Shown: positions 27,001-34,928, numbered from the stretch's first letter. The stretch is DNA of 64,000 bases from Woeseiaceae bacterium (GCA_037968735.1 JBBKWC010000014.1:68195-132194); one strand, 5' to 3'. Made by a program: numbers and translations. The notes: generated by a model from the letters alone, not told the origin.

Positions 27001-29908
27001 CGTCCGTCTTTTCCGCTGTTGCTTCAACTGCATACGTAAGCCCGACGCCGTCATGGCTGGCCGGTCCCAATGTCAGAGTGATTGCGACTTCGCCGCCGTC
27101 CGGAATCAAAACGGGCCGAAGGAAGACCCAGTCATCGATAACAAACGCGTCGGCAGACAGCTCGGATCGGACCCGGTCCAGAATCCAGGCAATCTGATGC
27201 GATGCCGGAACGACGATGCGGCCGAACAGTTTGTGATCCTGCAGATGGTCTTCGTCATTCACTTTCCAGACAGCATTTATCACGATGGACGTTGTATCGT
27301 TTGCCCGTGCGGCTGCCGGCGTCGCGCCCGTCCAGTAGGACTCTCGCTCGAATGCGTACTGGGGCAGCGACGCCCGACAATGTTCCTGCACCGAGAAAAC
27401 GCCACGCCAATCGGGATTCTCACCCGCCAGATACAAATCTCGAAGGCCTCGCTTCATCGACGTTGAATCCGGGACGCCGGGCTCGAGGGTGTTAACCCAC
27501 ACCACCGACGAATTTAGCTGTTCTCCAATATCTCGGAGCATACGCCCCGGTCCGACTTCCAGAAAAAGTGTGCAGCCGCTTTCCGTCGCTGTCAGAACAG
27601 CCTCGTCAAACCTCACCGGTGCGCGTGCCTGTTCCATCCAATACTCAGCGTCACCCAGATGGCTGCTTTTTCGAGCCCCATCAATGCAGGAGATGAAAGC
27701 ACATCTCGGCGAGCGCCAGGTCGCGCTTTGTACGGCAAGCGCTAACTGTGCAAGGCATGGCTCCACCCAGGCTGAGTGAAATCCATAGCGTTCCGTCAGT
27801 ACTCGGCAGCTGACGCCGGATGCCTCCAGGTGCTGTTTCAGCAAAGCCAGACTTGCCTGCGGCGTTGCGACAACACAGCTGCACTCGCCCAGACTCGCGG
27901 TCAGTTCGTAGCTGACTTTACTGTTAAGTATTGCTTCCAGTGACAAGGCACCGGTGCGCACCGCGACCATGCTGCCATGTGCTTCGATACCTTCCATGAG
28001 CCGGCCACGGGCGCTTACCAGGGTGAGCACGTCGAGCAGCGAGATGGCGCCTGCTGCATAGGCTGCCGAAAATTCGCCAACGCTATAACCTATTACGGCA
28101 TAAGGCCTGAGTTTCCATTCGTTCCAGGTTTCGAAAAGCGAAATCTGAACTGCGCACATGACCGGTTGTTCGTAACGGGTTAGTGCCAGATCTTCGCTAT
28201 CTGAAAACAACAGCGTCGTCAGCTTTTTGTCGAGCAGTGATTCGAGAATGCCCTCGCACTTCAGCAACCAGCGTCTGAAGACGGGCTCCGCAGCAAACAA
28301 CTCTTTGCACATGCCGGCATAACTGCTGAGCTGCCCATTGAAAACGAATGCCATTCGGCGCTTTCTCGAATCGATCGGTGGCGGGGCAGGGCTGGTATCC
28401 AGCTTGGCTAACAGCTCATCGCGGCTGTCGGCGACCAGCGCATGCCGGAACGTCAGGTGGCGGCGTCGTGTAGCCGTGGCGTTACAGTGAGCGCCGACTG
28501 CGACGCTTTCGTCCACCAGGCAATGACGATGCGCACGCAGGTGGCGACTCGCAGCACCGGGCGTTTCTCCTGATGCCAGCAACAGAGCGGGGCGCCATGA
28601 GCCGGCATCAGCCTGTTCGCTTACTAAAACCGGCGCTTGTTCCAGTGCCAGGTGACAGTTCGTGCCGCCGACGCCAAGCGCTGTGACGCCCGCCCGTCGC
28701 GGCGCGTGCTGTACCCAGGGTTTCGCGCGTTCTGAGATTCTGAATCGCGTTTGGTCTATTTTCAGCAGAGGATTGGGTATTTCAAAACCTGCCGTCGGCA
28801 GGAACGACTGCCGATGCAGCATAAGTGCAGTTTTAATCAATCCCGCGACGCCTGCTGCTGTATCGAGGTGACCGACATTCGATTTCACCGATCCGATCAG
28901 GCACGGCTCTTTCGTGTCGCCCAATGCCTGTCTGAGCGCTTCAAACTCAATGGGATCACCGACGCGAGTCGCGGTGGCGTGGCATTCTACAAAACCAATA
29001 CTTGCGGCGCTAAATTCTGCCATCGCATGCGCTTTGCGAATGGCTGCTGCCTGCGCTTTGGCGCTCGGTGCCAGGAAACTCGATTTTTGCGAACCATCGT
29101 TGCTCAGTGCCCATCCTTTAATGACCGCATAGATGCGGTCTCCGTCTGCCTCGGCGTCTTGCAGCCGCCGCAGTACAACGGCCCCAACGCCATCACCAAA
29201 TACTGTGCCGTCGGCAGTTGCATCGAACGGACGGCAAAAACCGCTCGGCGAATGAATCGCGCCCGATTCGGCAAACTGAGTTTCCGTCGTTGTCCTCGTG
29301 ATGCTTGCACCACCGGCAATGTAGACATCGGCATCGCCATCCTGGAGGGCACGGCAGGCCAGGCTGACGGCCACCAGCGCACTTGAGCACGCTGTCTGCA
29401 CATTGACGCTTGGACCGCTGAGACCAAGCGCATAGGACGTACGTAGCGGCAAAAACTCTTTGTCATTTGCATTGAGAATCTGCCGACTTTCGCTGCTACT
29501 GTGGATCCGCAAGCGCTCCGCGAGCGCTGAGTCAGCCCGTAAATTATTGTCAAGATAGGCGCTTCGATTACAGGCGGCGTGAACGCCGATGTTTAGCTCT
29601 GGCCGATCACCGAGGCCCGCATCCTCAAGCGCATGCCACACCGTTTCCAACCACAGGCGATGCTGTGGGTCCATGACGGTCGCTTCGCGAGCGGTGATGC
29701 GGAACAGATGCCGGTCAAATTTATCGATATCGCTAAGGAGGGCGAACGCTCGGACAGGTAGCAGGGCGTTATCGTCTGACGAATCCGGCTTTCCGAAATC
29801 ACGCACAATTGCATCCCGGCCCTCCCACATGAGTTTCCAGAAACTGTCGAGGGTGTTCGCACCAGGAAAGCGGCAGGCCATGCCCGTGATTGCGATAGGG
29901 GTGTTCAT
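24014..29908 (-). CDS. single-module type I polyketide synthase (KS-AT-DH-KR-like-ACP-TE)
   Basis: 1964 aa. Motifs:
- KS: TACSS (Cys174), ECHATAT, KSNVGH.
- AT: GYSVGE, YGFHS.
- DH: HKLFGRIVVP.
- KR-like: ARWL, FSSSAAVLG..YAS.
- ACP: LGLDSL.
- TE: GSSFAG, D1812, H1943. Confidence 0.93.
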   Translation of the reverse strand: MNTPIAITGMACRFPGANTLDSFWKLMWEGRDAIVRDFGKPDSSDDNALLPVRAFALLSDIDKFDRHLFRITAREATVMDPQHRLWLETVWHALEDAGLGDRPELNIGVHAACNRSAYLDNNLRADSALAERLRIHSSSESRQILNANDKEFLPLRTSYALGLSGPSVNVQTACSSALVAVSLACRALQDGDADVYIAGGASITRTTTETQFAESGAIHSPSGFCRPFDATADGTVFGDGVGAVVLRRLQDAEADGDRIYAVIKGWALSNDGSQKSSFLAPSAKAQAAAIRKAHAMAEFSAASIGFVECHATATRVGDPIEFEALRQALGDTKEPCLIGSVKSNVGHLDTAAGVAGLIKTALMLHRQSFLPTAGFEIPNPLLKIDQTRFRISERAKPWVQHAPRRAGVTALGVGGTNCHLALEQAPVLVSEQADAGSWRPALLLASGETPGAASRHLRAHRHCLVDESVAVGAHCNATATRRRHLTFRHALVADSRDELLAKLDTSPAPPPIDSRKRRMAFVFNGQLSSYAGMCKELFAAEPVFRRWLLKCEGILESLLDKKLTTLLFSDSEDLALTRYEQPVMCAVQISLFETWNEWKLRPYAVIGYSVGEFSAAYAAGAISLLDVLTLVSARGRLMEGIEAHGSMVAVRTGALSLEAILNSKVSYELTASLGECSCVVATPQASLALLKQHLEASGVSCRVLTERYGFHSAWVEPCLAQLALAVQSATWRSPRCAFISCIDGARKSSHLGDAEYWMEQARAPVRFDEAVLTATESGCTLFLEVGPGRMLRDIGEQLNSSVVWVNTLEPGVPDSTSMKRGLRDLYLAGENPDWRGVFSVQEHCRASLPQYAFERESYWTGATPAAARANDTTSIVINAVWKVNDEDHLQDHKLFGRIVVPASHQIAWILDRVRSELSADAFVIDDWVFLRPVLIPDGGEVAITLTLGPASHDGVGLTYAVEATAEKTDAGAPVPFLNAKLCLHDQFELPAVVVENELVFNQSNGAVDGATFYAQTWVQGRNTGPSFRKIAALYSSEGTATAKLLPRATSAAIAVASAEIEAGFQTLYAATTIETRKDLEVLRRTWVPYAIDRICYRHPSASGITWTRATHSSDASSPDSVAGAVSLFTDNGACIFDATGFQLRPLREQVLAEAELGSDVFEIALDPIANLPPSPNRSLPTLVVSAGPLSRDCAKACLSQLRCSHYIDASTGDVAKSVLSAMQDAKSQSLPLQILFLHFGGSETSLSYQQFSAGVTAIFDVIRTLESGNPDLAQFIVATLNDGGHAMLDSSGTEGITRVMMNELGQWPIKLVSVSHRADVSTQSGALLAELGSDDVGEQLIYVGAMRHRRTLKALQTGPQTAMLKADRSYLVIGPDNGQAEIVARWLTDNGAGAVTLAIADVDDEALRSIKAGEKVTIVALNDVAENVPRFLPSDTMPVAGVFFIPWTMDNAALAMQSDERMARAIQPAFDLLQQLASASNDLALDQFVCFSSSAAVLGTQGQASYASLTSFFDALCNQRADRGLAGTSINWPPWEEIGHWQNDRKSADQTLRQGWTPLATPHAMSLLSSITAMRPGQAAILPLDWKMLLQYNDQQGIALVKRKAGVAAAPLTDVNAQAFDPVGMLAELLGEHPDVLEDTAVLGDLGLDSLMAVRLRNSLRASCKVDIALAALLSKTTVADLRNVGHRRTVEPATDAVRSQGQAAIEQFANVDGTRTLFCLHWIVSYRELAEALAKENSLSVIWIEDDSDYATLQTNTVEKLAARYIQRLRETQAHGPYRLLGSSFAGLIAYEMAQQLRGSGEEIELLVLVDTNAPDIVRSRRSLIRRAALRTIFGIRNRGRKFVENKGWRYPLDLYKRRGIKHIATESVVRLQKAFMPRPAVSRSLAFRAAALQSYRPKTYDGAVLLCVASRNSMHYWRPADLGWSRHVSGGLTLHSIEGRHDFVSDPQGARQLAAILRPYLE
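24017..24766 (-). other. PKS thioesterase domain
   Basis: About aa 1715-1964. GSSFAG nucleophile elbow (Ser1785), LVLVD (Asp1812), EGRHDF (His1943). Confidence 0.75.
24839..25051 (-). other. PKS acyl carrier protein domain
   Basis: About aa 1620-1690. LGDLGLDSLMAVRL (Ser1650). Confidence 0.8.
25274..25816 (-). other. PKS ketoreductase-like domain (degenerate catalytic motifs)
   Basis: About aa 1365-1545. VIGPDNGQAEIVARWL in place of TGGTGxLG..ARWL. Ala1469 where the catalytic Lys aligns. Tyr1506 retained. Confidence 0.6.
26459..27286 (-). other. PKS dehydratase domain
   Basis: About aa 875-1150. HxxxGxxxxP (H892), GRNTGPSF, IEAGFQ (Glu where the Asp is usual). Confidence 0.65.
27479..28357 (-). 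other. PKS acyltransferase domain
   Basis: About aa 518-810. GYSVGE (Ser609), ARGRLM Arg, YGFHS specificity motif. Confidence 0.8.
28634..29902 (-). other. PKS ketosynthase domain
   Basis: aa 3-425. Active-site Cys174 codon at 29387-29389, His310, His347. Confidence 0.85.
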
Positions 29909-29914
29909 GCTGCG

Positions 29915-31711
29915 CTAGGCGCGATCTGCCGAGTTGATGGCTTCGGCCAGCGCTTCGATCGTTGGTTGCTGGTAGAGCTCGGCAATAGGAAGCTCTACGT
30001 CAAACTCCATTTCCATACGTTGCATTGCTCGTGCTGCATGCAGCGAACTGCAACCAAGAAGCATCAGATCGTCGCTGATGCCAATGGGTACGACCGAAAG
30101 TATTTCTTCCCAGATAGCGGCCAGCACGCGTTCCGCAGCATCACGCGGCGCAACATACGGCGTCTGCAGATCCGGTCGGTCACTTGACGGCGGGAGGAGG
30201 GCGCTCCGATCGATTTTTCCATCAAAGCTTAGAGGCAATCTGTCGATCTGCGCGATTCGTAAAGGACGCAGATGTGCGGGCAGTGCGGCAGACACAGCCT
30301 CACGCAGCGAGGCGAAGCTATGGGTCGCCGAGTCACCCGGGACAATATAGGCAGCGAGGTATGCATCGCTGTTGCTGTCAAAGAACTGCGCTACCAGTGC
30401 TTCGTTTACGCCATTGATACCGGCAATCATATTCTCAATTGTACCAAGTGATACCGACTGGCCGGCGATCTTGACTACATCATCCTTTCGTCCATCGAGC
30501 CAAAGACATCCATCGGTGTCCATACGACCCGTATCGCCCGTTCTGTATCTGCGTTCGCCGTTATTGCCCACGGAGAAACCTGTCGATGCGGATTCTGCGC
30601 ATCCAAGATATCCACTTGCCAGATACCTGCTGCTTACCTGAATTTCGCCGGGTATATTGGCGGCAACTTCCTCGCCGTCGCGGTCCACTATCTGGACGGT
30701 CATATCCGGAACGGCATAGCCAAGCGGTAGGTCGCCGTTGAATTCTGAATTGCTGTCGGCGAAATACTGGCGAATCAGGCCACATTCGGTAGCACCCAGT
30801 CCGTTGACCAGTACGCAGCCATCCGTAAACGCGTTCTGTAGCACTTTAATATCCTTGGCGTTTGCCCGGTCGCCTTCAAGCCTGATCAGGCGGATGTGTT
30901 GGTAAACCTCCGTCGTATCGAAAACGGCACGAAACAGCGCCGGAACGCCGTGGAATATTGTTACTTTCTGTTGACGCAGCCAGGCGGACAGGCGTTTGAC
31001 ACCATGCATTGAGACGTCGAAGCTGCACAGCGTCGCGCCGTTGATCAGCCCTGAGAATATGGTGGACTGGGTGCCGCTGAATACGGGCGCCTGAACAAGG
31101 CTCATTCTGTCCCCGGAATGAATGAATAGCGTTTCCGTATAACGCATGGCGTTGTGAACAAGGCTTCGATGAGAGTCTCTGACACCTTTTGCCGCAGCGG
31201 TGGTGCCGGAAGTAAAGTAAATGCAAGCATCACTGTCGGTGTCGCGGGAAACGCAGATACCGGAATCGTTGCCGCGCCAGCTGCTTTCGCGGACGCAAAC
31301 GACCGGTAGACCGATTTTACCGGCCAACCCCTGATGTTGTTCGGCACAGAGGACAAGTTCGCAACCGGCCATCGTGGCAGCAGACGCGTTCCATTCGACG
31401 TCGCGCCTCGAATCGAGCGGCACGTAGGTACCGCCGGCACGCAAGATCGCGAGCAACGCGACGATGTAAGCTGCGTCTTGATCAAACAGCAATGCGACAC
31501 GACGGCCATTAAAAGCGGAATGTCTGTAGACGCGTTCAGCAATAACGGCTGAGGCCTTCATCAATTCGGCGTAGCTGAGTGAGTTGAATGGATCGGCAAC
31601 TGCTGGTGCGTCAGCAAAACGCAAGGCGGACTGCGTCAGAACTTCCTGCAGAGATTTATCCAGCCAGGCGGTTTCAAAGGGACGAAACAATGCGGGCCTG
31701 GTCAGGAGCAA
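29915..31711 (-). CDS. stand-alone adenylation-thiolation (A-T) loading protein
   Basis: 598 aa. Motifs:
- A3: YFTSGTTAAAKG.
- A5: NGLGATE.
- A7: YRTGD.
- A8: GRKDDVVKIAGQSV.
- A10: PLSFDGKIDR.
- Carrier motif: LLGCSSL.
Its stop is 6 nt before the PKS ATG. TTG start, no clear RBS, so the start is uncertain. Confidence 0.9.
   Translation of the reverse strand: MLLTRPALFRPFETAWLDKSLQEVLTQSALRFADAPAVADPFNSLSYAELMKASAVIAERVYRHSAFNGRRVALLFDQDAAYIVALLAILRAGGTYVPLDSRRDVEWNASAATMAGCELVLCAEQHQGLAGKIGLPVVCVRESSWRGNDSGICVSRDTDSDACIYFTSGTTAAAKGVRDSHRSLVHNAMRYTETLFIHSGDRMSLVQAPVFSGTQSTIFSGLINGATLCSFDVSMHGVKRLSAWLRQQKVTIFHGVPALFRAVFDTTEVYQHIRLIRLEGDRANAKDIKVLQNAFTDGCVLVNGLGATECGLIRQYFADSNSEFNGDLPLGYAVPDMTVQIVDRDGEEVAANIPGEIQVSSRYLASGYLGCAESASTGFSVGNNGERRYRTGDTGRMDTDGCLWLDGRKDDVVKIAGQSVSLGTIENMIAGINGVNEALVAQFFDSNSDAYLAAYIVPGDSATHSFASLREAVSAALPAHLRPLRIAQIDRLPLSFDGKIDRSALLPPSSDRPDLQTPYVAPRDAAERVLAAIWEEILSVVPIGISDDLMLLGCSSLHAARAMQRMEMEFDVELPIAELYQQPTIEALAEAINSADRA
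29942..30154 (-). other. thiolation (carrier protein) domain
   Basis: About aa 520-590. ERVLAAIWEEIL ... LLGCSSLHAARAM (Ser556). Confidence 0.75.
30197..31624 (-). other. adenylation domain
   Basis: About aa 30-505, core motifs A1 (LSYAEL) to A10. Confidence 0.8.
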
Positions 31712-32058
31712 TAGCGGAGATCCAGTTAAAAGGGCTCCTGGCTATTCTATGGATGCAGAATGTAGTTCCGAGTAATACCGCGAGCATATTCGCTTCATAA
31801 GTTGTTGTAATCACTGATTCACCAAATCGGGGCGGCGAAATATTCGGTACACGTGCCTCGAGTAAGAGTAAGAACATTGCTTCGTTTTGTAATAAAGCTC
31901 GGAACATTGCTACCCGGTTATTCCGACATTACCTAGGCCTACTAGTCATTTCGTCGATAGAGCCCGGCTTTGCGCTTCGCTTGTCGGAGTGCATCCACAG
32001 ATCCATAGAGCTGCACGCGTTCCGCTCTTGTCATTTCTTCGCGCACGAAAGAGATAAT

Positions 32059-32301
32059 CTATTCTAGTTCGTCTGCCGCTGAAAGATCTCTTTGTAGAAA
32101 ATCCCCGATTGGCACGCTGAAATAGTCCGAGAATGCGCACAGATGAAGTACACCCGGGCTTTCCGATGTGCCATCCTCTATATGCTGAATTGTCGCAGTC
32201 GAGATACCGAGGTCTCTCGCCATCTTTCCTTGGCTAAGGTGGTCCTCAGCTGCACGCAATTCACGGAGGTTGTGCGCAAACCAACCATACTTTTGCTCCA
32301 C
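32059..32301 (-). CDS. XRE-family helix-turn-helix transcriptional regulator
   Basis: 80 aa. LRELRAAEDHLSQGKMARDLGISTATIQHIEDG is a classic Cro/C1 HTH. Same strand as, and upstream of, the A-T/PKS genes. Confidence 0.8.
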   Translation of the reverse strand: MEQKYGWFAHNLRELRAAEDHLSQGKMARDLGISTATIQHIEDGTSESPGVLHLCAFSDYFSVPIGDFLQRDLSAADELE

Positions 32302-32510
32302 AAGTTTATCTAACTTGTTGATCCCGTCGTCCGAGTTTACAACTTGATCGCTAATCTGAAAATAAACGAAACATGTCCAAGTTGGTAAAAAACTCGTTGA
32401 GGAAATATCCTTAATACTCTGTTTTGCAAGGATAACTGGTTTTCTATGAAATCCCCAGCCCCGAAATTCATCGGGGCTACTCAGGGGAACGACAACGAAG
32501 ACCGGACTAT

Positions 32511-32636
32511 ATGCTAATCACCGAATCCGCCATTTGGGCGCTCTATCCGAGTCATCGGATTGTCGCGCCGAAAGTTCGTGCAATGATTGATTTTCTGCTT
32601 GAACAATTCACTCCCGTTCCACCATGGGAACGATAG
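32511..32636 (+). pseudogene. 3'-terminal remnant of a LysR-family regulator
   Basis: Reads MLITESAIWALYPSHRIVAPKVRAMIDFLLEQF..*, the typical LysR C-terminal tail (..YP..R...KVRAFIDFL). No HTH or substrate-binding domain upstream. Confidence 0.6.
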
Positions 32637-32692
32637 ACAGTGCATGCAAGATCATGAATGATTGTGCCGTTGTAATTCTATTCCATGCGACA

Positions 32693-34117
32693 CTACGGGA
32701 GATCACGTACAAACTCCTGAAACGCCGGCGAGTTTTCTAAGAGCCGCCGTGCGACGCTACGGGTACGGTCTACTTGCTCCGCACTGAGACTCATCGATGT
32801 TGGAAGGGAATTGAAGTAATCGCGTTCCGCGGGCTCTTCGATATGCTGGAAGGTCAGTGTTGCAAAGTGGATGTTCACGTTCGGAGATCCCTTTGTTCTG
32901 CGAGCATTAATTCTGTCTCCCCACATCCTGAAGTCTCTCTCCGCAAGCGATATGGTTTCCGTATTGAGTATGTTTAAAGCGGCATCGAACGATGCCCGAA
33001 TGGTGGATAAGATATGCGGCTCACGTCCCTTACTCGACCATTCAGGATGGGCGTATATCTGAGCATTCGCGACGATTACCAGCACGGTCGTGACGGCGTC
33101 CAGCGCATCCTGATCGAAGGCGCCGGCCATGTCCTGCACGTTTCCAACGTGAGCAACTGGACTCATCATCGACCCGCGTACGCCAAGATTGTCGGTGAGC
33201 CCTCCGTCAAACAGCCGTATAACCGGAATGTCGTCTGGCTCGAAATACCTTACGAGACCTCTCGCCACTTGATAGTCTCGAGTTAAAACGTCTCCCCGTT
33301 CGATCGCCTCGGTAACCCACGACGCTCGTCTCGATTCGCAGTCCGTAGGAAAGTTCATCACGGATACAGGGCCGAATACCAAGGGAACAGCGGAAGACGC
33401 CATTACTGCGTTTGCCACAAGAAAGCGGTTGGCATCCGAGCACAAGAAATCGAATTGTTGCTGCATAAATGAAAAAGTGATTCCAGTGTTCAAGTCACTC
33501 GCGTTGATAATGACAAAGGGCAATGAGCCCAACGACATATCCTCAAACGTGCGGTTTTCGAAGACACGGTCATCGAGCCACCTGGCTGCAAGATCCCCAC
33601 GGTTGTAACTGGGCCGGGCAATCGAGAAGAGGTTTACTGGGTTTAGAAGCAATCTGGTGAACGCGCCCTGGACATTCCGCTTCAGAAATTTTTCTTCAAA
33701 GTCGTCGAACAAACGATCGCCGAAGAGTCCGTAGTAGGCGGCCGTATAGCTTCCGCCCGAGGTAGCAGTGATGACATCCACTTCATCCAGCAATCGCCGA
33801 GACGTTCCATGGAGAGTCACCGTGGTGTCCCTCAGGGTCTCCAACACGCCGTAAGAAAATGCCGCTGAACGTGTGCCGCCGCCGGAAAATGCGAGGACTA
33901 CGAATACATCCTGCGCGTTATCTTTTGGCATTCGGTTGGCGAAGTCATAACGCGGCACCACGGTTGCACTGTCCAGCGGCTGATTCCAATGACGTGCGGC
34001 GCAACCGGTTAGCAGCATCATCGCGCCGAGAAAGACAAAGGGCCACCACCGGCCGAGCCTGGATGTCGTGGAATATTCCGTTCTGGATGGTCCCAGTGGC
34101 GTCATAGCAAGATACAT
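32693..34117 (-). CDS. patatin-like phospholipase, predicted lipoprotein
   Basis: ORF to 34210; start placed at an internal Met (MYLAMTPL...). Lipobox MMLLTGC. Oxyanion GGGTRS, nucleophile TSGGS, catalytic DGG (LFDGGLTDNLG). Confidence 0.85.
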   Translation of the reverse strand: MYLAMTPLGPSRTEYSTTSRLGRWWPFVFLGAMMLLTGCAARHWNQPLDSATVVPRYDFANRMPKDNAQDVFVVLAFSGGGTRSAAFSYGVLETLRDTTVTLHGTSRRLLDEVDVITATSGGSYTAAYYGLFGDRLFDDFEEKFLKRNVQGAFTRLLLNPVNLFSIARPSYNRGDLAARWLDDRVFENRTFEDMSLGSLPFVIINASDLNTGITFSFMQQQFDFLCSDANRFLVANAVMASSAVPLVFGPVSVMNFPTDCESRRASWVTEAIERGDVLTRDYQVARGLVRYFEPDDIPVIRLFDGGLTDNLGVRGSMMSPVAHVGNVQDMAGAFDQDALDAVTTVLVIVANAQIYAHPEWSSKGREPHILSTIRASFDAALNILNTETISLAERDFRMWGDRINARRTKGSPNVNIHFATLTFQHIEEPAERDYFNSLPTSMSLSAEQVDRTRSVARRLLENSPAFQEFVRDLP

Positions 34118-34193
34118 TAGCACGCCGTCGCTATTAAGAGGCAAGCCGAGACGGTCGCGTGATACCAATAGGGATAGGAATGGATATTCTTTG

Positions 34194-34772
34194 TCAGAGA
34201 CTAGCTTCAATACCGAGTGAAGCTATGAGTTTGTAGTATCCGATAAGTATGACGATGAAAAATACTATCAATAAGATCTCATGCTTAAAACCATGGCGAT
34301 GAAAAAACTCCCTATCCCGGTGATGAGCAACATCCATGAGTTCATCTGCAAATCGGATAGAAAGAAATGTGCCTGCCCCCGATAGCAGAATAACGCTCCA
34401 GTAAGGATAGGGTATGGTCAGAATCGAGTGCAAAAGCATAGTTAGTATCGTTGTTTGGTAAAACTCAACGAGATAGAACAATGAAACGACGTTTATCGCA
34501 ATTGCGATTGTCCAGACAACAATTTCCGAAATCAGCATTCGAATGCCAAATAGGAGCCTGAGCGGGAAGTCCACCAAGAAGCCGGCGTCGGCAATCGGCG
34601 TACATAGAACGAAAAAGGACCAAGTTAGTGCGGATGCTACCGCCCCAGTCGCAACGTCGAATCGGAAAGCGAGGTAAGAAAAGTAACCAATCATCAGGAT
34701 AGAGAGAAGAAGAAACTTGTACAGCAGCTGTTTCTTGGGGTGAGTAACGACGTTTTCCGCAGAAGGTGTCAT
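34194..34772 (-). CDS. polytopic membrane protein (unknown function)
   Basis: 192 aa, 5-6 hydrophobic helices, low-GC codons. Directly upstream of and co-oriented with the patatin gene. Confidence 0.6.
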   Translation of the reverse strand: MTPSAENVVTHPKKQLLYKFLLLSILMIGYFSYLAFRFDVATGAVASALTWSFFVLCTPIADAGFLVDFPLRLLFGIRMLISEIVVWTIAIAINVVSLFYLVEFYQTTILTMLLHSILTIPYPYWSVILLSGAGTFLSIRFADELMDVAHHRDREFFHRHGFKHEILLIVFFIVILIGYYKLIASLGIEASL

Positions 34773-34928
34773 CTTTGAACAAGTGGCCTAATGTTTGCTA
34801 TGCAAAAAACTTCGGATGTAGGCGAATGGCCGCATAGGGTCAGCATTCCGTCATACTAACTCAATAGTGGCTATCCGACCGGCCAGGATCATACCCACAG
34901 AGGACCACGAGAGTATCCGTTCGCTTCT

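Noticed and set aside
26957-29386. Plus-strand ORFs of 169 and 211 aa (26957..27466, 28751..29386), plus many 60-150-aa ORFs on both strands inside the PKS and A-T genes.
   Set aside because: All are out-of-frame or antisense to continuous, motif-rich PKS/A-domain frames. This is typical of GC-rich coding DNA.
31946-32140. 64-aa ORF overlapping the XRE gene 3' end, and a 30-codon ORF (MTRAERVQLYGSVDALRQAKRKAGLYRRND) just downstream of XRE.
   Set aside because: The first is out-of-frame and overlaps the HTH gene. The second has no RBS and is too short to support without conservation data.
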